Shown here: positions 1-7,391 of the stretch, piece by piece
Layout of the letters: the number at the start of each line of letters is the position of its first letter
Numbering within the stretch: position 1 is the stretch's first letter
Made by a program: the position numbers and the translations under genes
The notes under the pieces: generated by a model
Database searches by the model: none
What the model was told of the DNA's origin: nothing
Seen by the model: only the letters and a program-made list of their open reading frames with translations
Assembly (NCBI GenBank): GCA_964590575.1
Contig: CAZPWM010000091.1
Span: 1-12,712, forward strand
Source of the DNA: an uncultured archaeon
GTDB taxonomy: Archaea; Asgardarchaeota; Thorarchaeia; Thorarchaeales; Thorarchaeaceae
Direction of reading: 5' to 3'
DNA length: 12,712 bases

Positions 1-129
1 CTCTCCTCATGTTCGTGATTGGGGCATAACATCGTTAATATACACTACACTTGAGTGAATGAATTTTACGACCTTTCGGTAACCTATTTTAGTATGAATT
101 CTAACATCACCTCTCAGTCGGTGTTAATC

Positions 130-678
130 TTGACCAGTGCCGAGGAAAAATCAGTAATCGTTATCGATGCTCCCGACGATTCGTTTGTCCAGATGATTAA
201 GCGAACAGGTGGCCCAAACCTTCAGAGTTGCTATCAATGCGGTACATGTAGTGGTAGTTGTCCTGCTGGAGTACGAACCAACTTTCTTGTCCGTGGGATA
301 ATCAGAAAAGCACTCCTTGGCCTCAAGGAACAATGCATCTCGGCTCCAGAACTCTGGTATTGCACTACGTGTTACACCTGTACAGATCGATGCCCACAGG
401 ATGTGAAACCAACAGATGTCATCAAAGCAATCAGAAATATTGCCGTTGCAGAGGGCTATATGCTGGTTCCTCACCAAAAAGTGGCACTGAAAGTACTTGA
501 AACTGGACATGCAGTTCCATTAGACAAGGAATCTTGGGAAAACCTGAGAGAAAGTGTTGGCATTGAGAGAGTTCCTCCAAACGCAAGCGGTCATCCAGAA
601 GCAATTGAAGAAATTCGAAAGATTGCGAAAAAGACTGGATTTGATAAGTTAATAGAGGCGAAAGAGGAGGAACAATAG
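130..678 (+). CDS. hdrC: Heterodisulfide reductase subunit C (2x[4Fe-4S])
   Basis: CYQCGTCSGSCP and WYCTTCYTCTDRCPQ motifs, directly upstream of hdrB. TTG 130 preferred over 55 or 94 because a GGTG SD-like site precedes it and the N-terminal length then matches the paralog; start uncertain. Confidence 0.93.
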   Translation: MTSAEEKSVIVIDAPDDSFVQMIKRTGGPNLQSCYQCGTCSGSCPAGVRTNFLVRGIIRKALLGLKEQCISAPELWYCTTCYTCTDRCPQDVKPTDVIKAIRNIAVAEGYMLVPHQKVALKVLETGHAVPLDKESWENLRESVGIERVPPNASGHPEAIEEIRKIAKKTGFDKLIEAKEEEQ

Positions 679-680
679 AG

Positions 681-1604
681 ATGGGAAAGAAGTCCTTCTA
701 CCACTTCCTTGGATGCATTATTCCTCATCGATACCCAAGTGTCGAAAAAGCAGTGAAGCTTGTATTTGAAGACCTAGGTATGGGCCTCCTTGACATGGAG
801 GGAGCTACATGTTGCCCCGCACCCGGCGTTTTTGGATCCTTTGACAGAATCACTTGGGCAACGATTGCAGCTCGTAATCTGACAATTGCAGAAGCTGGAG
901 GTTATCCAATCACTACTGGTTGTAACGGATGCTTTGCTAGTCTATGGGACGCCAATTATGAGTTGAAGCATGACGAAGAATTGCGGGAAGCTGTAAATGA
1001 AAACCTCGCTGAGATTGACCGAGAATTCAAAGGAACAATTGAGGTCTGGCATTACGTCGATGCACTATATAGTCACGTAGGTCTTGAGAAAATACGCGAG
1101 AAGGTCACACGTCCCTTCAAGGGTGTTCGAATGGCTCTACATCCAGGATGTCATTGGATGCGGCCTAAAATCCTCAAGCAAAAAGATGACTCTGAACGTC
1201 CACATATTTTCAGAGAGATTTGTGAAACCTCTGGAGCTGAATATGTTCCGTACAAAGATGAATTGATTTGCTGTGGTGCAGGTGGCGCCGTTAGAACTGC
1301 TGATTTAAAAATTTCCCTAGGGTTCACAAAACAAAAGTTTGACTCTCTAATTGAAGCAGGTGGAGCTGATATGATGATTACCCCTTGTCCCTTTTGTCAG
1401 TTACAGCTGGATGCGGGACAAGTAGAGATTCAAAAACTCTACGAAGAAGAATACACCCTTGATATTCTTCATGTTGTAGAGCTCCTAGCGCTTGCCTTCG
1501 GTCATGAACCAGAAGAATTTGGACTTAAGACACATCTTCAGTATATGCAGAGAAAGACTGAACCCAATTGGGAGCGCCTTGGATTAGAAGTTAAATTGAC
1601 CTGA
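681..1604 (+). CDS. hdrB: Heterodisulfide reductase subunit B, methanogen-like type
   Basis: FLGC, CCPAPG, CNGC, HPGCH, CCGAGG, CPFCQLQ motifs (two CCG domains); SD GGAGG at 666-670. Confidence 0.95.
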   Translation: MGKKSFYHFLGCIIPHRYPSVEKAVKLVFEDLGMGLLDMEGATCCPAPGVFGSFDRITWATIAARNLTIAEAGGYPITTGCNGCFASLWDANYELKHDEELREAVNENLAEIDREFKGTIEVWHYVDALYSHVGLEKIREKVTRPFKGVRMALHPGCHWMRPKILKQKDDSERPHIFREICETSGAEYVPYKDELICCGAGGAVRTADLKISLGFTKQKFDSLIEAGGADMMITPCPFCQLQLDAGQVEIQKLYEEEYTLDILHVVELLALAFGHEPEEFGLKTHLQYMQRKTEPNWERLGLEVKLT

Positions 1605-1658
1605 AATTCATACAAGAGTTAAGTGATGAAGTATCGGATATCAACTCGAATGAAACTT

Positions 1659-1774
1659 TGAAGGCGGCGAAAAATCAACAATCTCAATCTTACTGAGGTC
1701 ATGGATGTGTTGCGTTTCCTCCCTGTATTTTATTCGTGTGAGGTAAGCTCGTGTATAGAGCCTAGTTGCCTTCA
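1659..1774 (+). ncRNA. Candidate structured RNA (3' UTR element or sRNA)
   Basis: Nested helices by eye: 1659-1668/1765-1774, 1689-1697/1739-1747 (with tandem G.A), 1700-1707/1731-1738. G-U pairs favour the + strand. Confidence 0.3.
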
Positions 1775-1778
1775 TAAT

Positions 1779-1805
1779 CTTAGGACGTTATCTGTGTAAT
1801 ATTAA
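1779..1805 (+). promoter_or_regulatory. Putative promoter of hdrA1-hdrC2-hdrB2 (TATA plus upstream motif)
   Basis: CTTAGGAC-N13-TATTAA, the same layout as upstream of the second hdrA. Confidence 0.5.
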
Positions 1806-1880
1806 GTGCATGGGTTAGAAATTGTTAACTCTCAAAGTTTGGCGCCATTCACCGTGAGACCAGGTCGATTTCTTTGTTAT

Positions 1881-1908
1881 CGTCCGATGGGAAACATTTT
1901 ATCGGGCG
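1881..1908 (+). other. Stem-loop in the hdrA1 5' leader
   Basis: CGTCCGATGGGA-AACA-TTTTATCGGGCG, a 12-bp stem including G-U pairs. Confidence 0.45.
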
Positions 1909-1948
1909 TTCTAGAACCGACGCAGTATCTCTTCGGAGTGACAGAATA

Positions 1949-4900
1949 ATGGCCGAGCCCATATCGAAGTCAGTTGTCATAATCGGAGCTGGTATTTCAG
2001 GAATGCGCGCCGCACTTGATCTAGCTGGGATGGGTGTTAAGGTGTTCTTAGTTGAGAAAAAACCATCAATTGGAGGTCATATGTCTCAACTCGATAAGAC
2101 CTTCCCCACCTTGGATTGTAGTATGTGCATTCAAGGACCTTGGATGGTTGATTGTTCACGTCATCCTAATATTGAGATTTTAGCCTACTCAGAAGTGTCT
2201 GAGGTCACTGGTAAGCAGGGTGATTTCATAGTAAAGGTACTGAAACGAACCCGACGTGTTGACGCTGACAAATGCACTGGTTGCGGTGATTGTCAGAGAG
2301 CCTGCCCAATAGAAGTACCCAATGAGTACGACCTTGGACTCAAGATGAGAAAGGCTGCATACATACCGTTTCCTCAGGCAGTTCCAAACATAGCTACTAT
2401 TGACATAGAGAACTGCATTCAGTGCATGGTCTGTGTTAAGACCTGTAAAGCAGAAGCCATTGTCTTTGACATTGAAGATGAAACCATAGTGATCAATGCT
2501 GGTTCTATCATTGTAGCAACTGGGTACGAGCTTCTTGATCTTGATACTGTTCCAGAATATGGCTATGGTCGATTCCCCAATGTTGTGAGTGCACTTGAGT
2601 ATGAACGCATGGTGTCTGCAAGTGGTCCCACTGGTGGAATTGTCATGCGACCTTCTGATGGTCGTGAACCTCATCGGATCGCCTTCATTCAATGTGTAGG
2701 TTCGAGAGATGTAAATCACTGTTCTTATTGTTCTAAGATATGCTGCACTTACGCAACTAAGGAAGCCATAATCACCAAGGAACACACACCTGAAGTACAT
2801 ATTGACATTCTATACAATGACCTGCGTGCGTTCGGCAAGGGGTTTGAGGAATTCCTAGTCAGAGGTGAAACTGAATACGATATACACTATGTGAAAGGAA
2901 TCCCAAGTGAAATCCAAGAGGAATATGTATCGAAGGACCTCATAGTTCGCCACAGTGATGCAAAAGGCCATAGTGTTCTTGCTGACAAATATGACTTGGT
3001 AGTTCTATGTCCTGCAATGGTACCATCTTCAGATGCACAGATACTCGAACAGCTAGGCATCAAGACAGATGAGTCCGGATTTATACAACCCGATATGAAG
3101 TCCCTTATGATTTCGGAAACCGGTGTTCCGGGAGTTCACATGTGCGGTGCAGTCCACATGCCCAAAGATATACCCGACTCTGTAGCCCAAGGAAGTGCTG
3201 CTGCGGCACTTGCAGCATTAGACATCCCGATTCCACAGGGTGAAGGGACGGAGGCTCTCACAGAAGAAGACCTTGAACTCATGGCTGGAGAGCCACGTGT
3301 AGGCGTGATTATCTGCTCATGTGGAATCAATATCGCGGGAACAGTAGATGTAGCTGAGGTCACTCAGTATGCAAGCGAACTACCGAATGTTGTCTATTCA
3401 GAGAACCTTCTCTACTCATGCTCATCTGATGCTCAGGTTGTCATTAAAGACGCAATCAAGGAGCACAAACTCAACCGGTTAGTTGTAGCTTCTTGCACTC
3501 CTCGAACCCATGAACCGTTGTTCAGAGCCACAATCGAAGAGGCTGGACTGAACAAGTACTTGTTCGAACTTGCTAACATTCGAGAGCATTGTTCTTGGGT
3601 TCATCAAGCAGACAAGGATGAAGCCACGTCAAAAGCTATGGACCTAGTGCGTATGTCAGTAGCAAGAGCAAGCCTTCTGGAAGCTCAGGAGGAAGCAGTG
3701 ACCCAGATAGAACCCTCTGTCCTCGTTATTGGTGCTGGAGTTGCAGGGATGGCTGCAGCTGAAGTGATTGCTCAGAAGGGATTCAATGTTTATCTTGTGG
3801 AGAAACAGGACAAGGTAGGTGGGTTCCTGAATGAACTGACCACTGTTAATTTCGATCATAGACCAGCTTCAGAAGTAGTGGCTGACTATGAGAACAGAAT
3901 TACTGGTAAAGAGAACATCAAGATTATGTTGAACTCTGAAGTCGTCGAAGCAAAGGGTTCGATTGGTGAATTTGAGGTCGTCATCAAGTCTGGAAAGAAG
4001 AAAGAAACTCTTACTGTTGGTATTGTGATTGTCGCCACTGGAGCTTTAGCTCTAGAGGAGAAGGGTCTCTATGGACTAAAGAAGCTCCCTGAGGTAATGA
4101 CAGAGGTAGAGTTCAACAGTCGAATTAACAGTGGTGAAGGGATTGAAGACGGAGAGACCTTCGCAGTCATTCATTGTGCAGGCTCCCGTGAGGATGCATC
4201 ACTTGAAGGATCTCGAACCTGGTGTTCTGGTATCTGTTGCATGGTTGCTTTAGAACATTCACTTGAATTGCTAGAGAAGTATCCTAACTCACGAGTTTTC
4301 CACTTCTACCGTGATCTACGAGTCTTCTATGATGCAGAAGATAAGTATCGAGAGGCTCGTAAGAAAGGTGTTGTATTTGTTAGATTCGATGGTGACACAC
4401 CACCTGAAGTCAAGAAGGGCAAAGACAAAGCATTGAGCATCACTGTCATGGACCAAGTGCTAGGAGCTGAGGTGACCATTGATGTTGATCACACAGTGCT
4501 AGCCACAGCTATGGTACCTCGACCAAACAAAGAGATCTCAGAGCTATTCAAGGTGCCACTGAACCTATCTGGCTTCTTCATGGAAGCTCACCCGAAGCTC
4601 CGCCCCGTTGACTTCCAGACAGATGGTGTGTTTGTAGCTGGTGCTGCAACCGCTCCAAAGAGCATTGGCGAATCTATCGCTCAAGGTCAGGCTGCTGCAT
4701 CGAGAGCCCTCATCCCCCTCATCAGAGGAATACGGAAAGCCGAGGCGATTGTTTCTGTTGTGGACCCTGAGATTTGCGTGGGCTGTGGAACTTGTGAGAT
4801 TAATTGTGCATACAATGCTATTGAGGTGATTCCCGGTGATGGGAGTCATGATTATGCTGTAACAAACCCAGTCCTCTGCCAAGGTTGTGGAAAGTGTGGT

Positions 4901-5404
4901 GCGGGATGTCCCGCTGGGGCTATCACCATGAAGCACTTCACTGACGATCAAATCATCTCTCAGATTCGTTCCGCTTTGGAGAATATGCCCGCAAACAACT
5001 CGAGGATTCTGACGCTCCTCTGCAACTGGTGCTCATATGCGGGGGCTGACAGTGCTGGTGTGTCCCGTTACCAACAACCATCGAATGTGAGAGACATCCG
5101 AGTCATGTGCACAGGAAGAGTGAGTGTGCAACACATCTTGGAGGCCTTCAGACTTGGTGCTGATATGGTCTGGATATCCGGATGTCACTTCGGGGACTGC
5201 CATTATGTTGATGGTAATATCTCATTTGAACGTAGATTTGCCATTGCGAAGAAGATTCTTGAAAAAGCTGGACTAGAGCCTGAACGACTCCAGTTCACTC
5301 AAATCAGTGCGAGTGAAGGACCCATCTGGGCTGAAACAGTGAAGAAGTTAGCAGATATTGCGGACAAGCTAGGACCAAGTCCACTGCGACCAAGGAGGCG
5401 ATAA
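1949..5404 (+). CDS. hdrA: Tandem (two FAD module) HdrA-like flavoprotein fused to C-terminal MvhD
   Basis: In order: GAGISG; GGHMSQLDKTFPTLDCSMC; inserted ferredoxin; CVGSR..YCSKICC; HdrA N-terminal-type domain (ICSCG..REHCSWVH); second GAGVAG module; C-terminal ferredoxin; MvhD motifs CNWCSYAGAD, RVMCTGR, GCHFGDCHY. ATG 1949 has SD GGAGTGA (1935-1941). Confidence 0.93.
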   Translation: MAEPISKSVVIIGAGISGMRAALDLAGMGVKVFLVEKKPSIGGHMSQLDKTFPTLDCSMCIQGPWMVDCSRHPNIEILAYSEVSEVTGKQGDFIVKVLKRTRRVDADKCTGCGDCQRACPIEVPNEYDLGLKMRKAAYIPFPQAVPNIATIDIENCIQCMVCVKTCKAEAIVFDIEDETIVINAGSIIVATGYELLDLDTVPEYGYGRFPNVVSALEYERMVSASGPTGGIVMRPSDGREPHRIAFIQCVGSRDVNHCSYCSKICCTYATKEAIITKEHTPEVHIDILYNDLRAFGKGFEEFLVRGETEYDIHYVKGIPSEIQEEYVSKDLIVRHSDAKGHSVLADKYDLVVLCPAMVPSSDAQILEQLGIKTDESGFIQPDMKSLMISETGVPGVHMCGAVHMPKDIPDSVAQGSAAAALAALDIPIPQGEGTEALTEEDLELMAGEPRVGVIICSCGINIAGTVDVAEVTQYASELPNVVYSENLLYSCSSDAQVVIKDAIKEHKLNRLVVASCTPRTHEPLFRATIEEAGLNKYLFELANIREHCSWVHQADKDEATSKAMDLVRMSVARASLLEAQEEAVTQIEPSVLVIGAGVAGMAAAEVIAQKGFNVYLVEKQDKVGGFLNELTTVNFDHRPASEVVADYENRITGKENIKIMLNSEVVEAKGSIGEFEVVIKSGKKKETLTVGIVIVATGALALEEKGLYGLKKLPEVMTEVEFNSRINSGEGIEDGETFAVIHCAGSREDASLEGSRTWCSGICCMVALEHSLELLEKYPNSRVFHFYRDLRVFYDAEDKYREARKKGVVFVRFDGDTPPEVKKGKDKALSITVMDQVLGAEVTIDVDHTVLATAMVPRPNKEISELFKVPLNLSGFFMEAHPKLRPVDFQTDGVFVAGAATAPKSIGESIAQGQAAASRALIPLIRGIRKAEAIVSVVDPEICVGCGTCEINCAYNAIEVIPGDGSHDYAVTNPVLCQGCGKCGAGCPAGAITMKHFTDDQIISQIRSALENMPANNSRILTLLCNWCSYAGADSAGVSRYQQPSNVRDIRVMCTGRVSVQHILEAFRLGADMVWISGCHFGDCHYVDGNISFERRFAIAKKILEKAGLEPERLQFTQISASEGPIWAETVKKLADIADKLGPSPLRPRRR

Positions 5405-5405
5405 G

Positions 5406-5924
5406 ATGACCGAGTCTTGGGGTCAATTCAAGTCATTTGATGGGAAGAAGTTCAAAGCACTGGATGCTGAGTTCACAAATGAGGTTTCCAAACTGATTGG
5501 GGGTCAAGACCTCACAACTTGTTTCCAATGTGCCAAATGCAGTGCTGGTTGTCCGGTTTCTGACAAGGTGAACATTCAAATCCACGAGGTTATGCGAATG
5601 CTTCTCTTTGGACTGAAGGAAGTTCTTGACACCGACATGATCTGGCTGTGCACCACATGTTACACCTGTCAAGAACGTTGTCCGCAAGGGATAGATATCA
5701 CAGATATCCTGTTTGGATTGAAGAATATGGCTTTCAAAAAGGGAATCACACCCAATGGTTACACTGGAGCACGGCAATCACTGTATGAAACTGGAAAACT
5801 CTACGAGCCCACAGACTGGGAACGTGATGATCTCGAGCTTGATCCAGTCCCTGAATTGAACGTCGCAGACATCAAGAAGATGCTTGATAAGACAAAGCTC
5901 ATGAAGCTGGAGGAGGCCGAATAA
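5406..5924 (+). CDS. hdrC: Heterodisulfide reductase subunit C, second copy
   Basis: CFQCAKCSAGCP and WLCTTCYTCQERCPQG; 1 nt after the hdrA stop, with AGGAGG SD. Confidence 0.93.
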   Translation: MTESWGQFKSFDGKKFKALDAEFTNEVSKLIGGQDLTTCFQCAKCSAGCPVSDKVNIQIHEVMRMLLFGLKEVLDTDMIWLCTTCYTCQERCPQGIDITDILFGLKNMAFKKGITPNGYTGARQSLYETGKLYEPTDWERDDLELDPVPELNVADIKKMLDKTKLMKLEEAE

Positions 5925-5925
5925 G

Positions 5926-6801
5926 ATGACCCAGAGCTACGAGGTTTTCCTAGGCTGTGCAATCCCAAGCAGGTTCAACAACTACGAGTCATCTATGCGA
6001 GCTGTCGCAAAGGAGCTTGGTATAAATCTCCTAGACTTTGATGGAGCCTCATGTTGTGGGACAGTGGTCCTCAAGTCAATAGACGAGGACAGTTGGCTCT
6101 CAATGTCTGGTCGAAACATCGCCCTAGCCGAACAACGAGGTCATAATATTGTCACGCCATGTAACGGTTGTTTTGGCTCTTTAAAGGACACTGATCATGT
6201 GCTTCGTGATAATGAGTTTTATAGAAAGAAGGTCAATGCTTCTCTCAAACACTTGGGCCTAGAGTACACCGGGAAAGTAAAGATTCGTCACTTTGTTGAG
6301 GTTCTCTATGAAATGAAAGATGAGATAGAGAAGAAGATTGTCAAACGTCTAGATGGTCTGAAGGTCGCTTTTCATCCTGGCTGTCACCTCATCCGCCCTT
6401 CCAATGTTGCAGAGTTTGATGACCCTGAGCTACCACGAAAGGTCGATGAGCTGATTGAGCTTACAGGTGCCAAGAGTGTTGATTGGGATTTGAAACTTCG
6501 TTGCTGTGGCTCGCCCCTTCTCATTGCCAGTGAGGATGTTGCGACGAAGATTCTCCAGGAGAAGATGATTTCAGCAAATGGGGCAGGAGCAAACTGTGTA
6601 GTCACAAACTGCCCGGCGTGTCACACCCAGTTCGATATCCAACAGTTAGGTCTCAAGGATGACGAAGGAAACTCTCTGGAGCTGCCTGCATTGTTTGTCA
6701 CTCAGGTCTTGGGTACAGCTATGGGAATAGACCCGGAACCACTTGGATACGAACTCAATAGAGTTTCACTGGACCCAATTAATGACATTCTAGGTCTCTA
6801 G
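5926..6801 (+). CDS. hdrB: Heterodisulfide reductase subunit B, second (divergent) copy
   Basis: FLGC, SCCGT, CNGC, HPGCH, CCGSP, CPACHTQFD motifs. Confidence 0.93.
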   Translation: MTQSYEVFLGCAIPSRFNNYESSMRAVAKELGINLLDFDGASCCGTVVLKSIDEDSWLSMSGRNIALAEQRGHNIVTPCNGCFGSLKDTDHVLRDNEFYRKKVNASLKHLGLEYTGKVKIRHFVEVLYEMKDEIEKKIVKRLDGLKVAFHPGCHLIRPSNVAEFDDPELPRKVDELIELTGAKSVDWDLKLRCCGSPLLIASEDVATKILQEKMISANGAGANCVVTNCPACHTQFDIQQLGLKDDEGNSLELPALFVTQVLGTAMGIDPEPLGYELNRVSLDPINDILGL

Positions 6802-6815
6802 CGGTCCCTGTGGTA

Positions 6816-7388
6816 CTATTCCAACTTGCTGTCGCCATAGAAGAGTTGGCCAAGACGTTTCATAGCATCTCTGACGCATTCCTTCTTGCCACTGACCTGC
6901 AGATGTCTTTCACCATCTAGCGAGATATTTACCCTGCAGTCCTCTGCCATTTCTGACACAATCTCTACTGGGATGTCTTCAGGAAGTTTGATACGGAAGA
7001 ATCCTACATCCTTCTCTCTGGGTATATCTGAGATGTGTACTTGGGGGTCTGGTTTATACTCCTCACTCTCACCCCTAATTGCTGCGGCAAAACGAGATTC
7101 CCATGAGTTTCTGTATTCCACTCCCTCTTTTTCCTCAGCCCAGATCATGAGATTATCATGCAGTCTTTGTATAGTTAGTTCCATCTCCATTTGTAGCTGA
7201 GTGTCAGCATCACATTGGTCTCCAGACTTTATCTCACTCTCAAAGGAACGGAGATACTCTAGACTCATCTTCGAGTTTCTGAAATCTGCATAGGTCAAAT
7301 CTGGGATGAACATATCCTTTTCTCTCATAGCTCCTAGCAAGTCATTCAGGACAATCCAAGCTGCTAGAAGACTATCCAATGAAACCAC
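6816..7388 (-). CDS. Conserved archaeal protein, DUF2096-like
   Basis: N-terminal WIVLNDLL..IP..DFRNSK and C-terminal FRIKLPE..EMAED..V..SGKKE..V..AMK resemble DUF2096 as recalled. GTG start 3 nt after the hdrA2 stop, with GGAG SD. Confidence 0.7.
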   Translation of the reverse strand: MVSLDSLLAAWIVLNDLLGAMREKDMFIPDLTYADFRNSKMSLEYLRSFESEIKSGDQCDADTQLQMEMELTIQRLHDNLMIWAEEKEGVEYRNSWESRFAAAIRGESEEYKPDPQVHISDIPREKDVGFFRIKLPEDIPVEIVSEMAEDCRVNISLDGERHLQVSGKKECVRDAMKRLGQLFYGDSKLE

Positions 7389-7391
7389 GGT

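Noticed and set aside
1-10. CAT at 8-10 as the start of a divergent - strand gene
   Set aside because: Only three codons are visible; unsupported.
1602-1622. Selenocysteine readthrough of the hdrB1 TGA using the downstream structure as SECIS
   Set aside because: It would add only U-NSYKS with no redox motif. The structure has CUGA rather than AUGA and no apical AA. Usual Sec positions in HdrA and MvhD are Cys here.
1701-1799. 32-aa ORF MDVLRFLPVFYSCEVSSCIEPSCLHNLRTLSV after GAGGT
   Set aside because: Short, no recognisable motif, and overlaps the candidate RNA and promoter; cannot be excluded without ribosome profiling.
1874-1948. N-terminal extensions in the ORF track (also 55-129, 10497-10574, 11766-11798)
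   Set aside because: No family similarity; the downstream starts have SD motifs.
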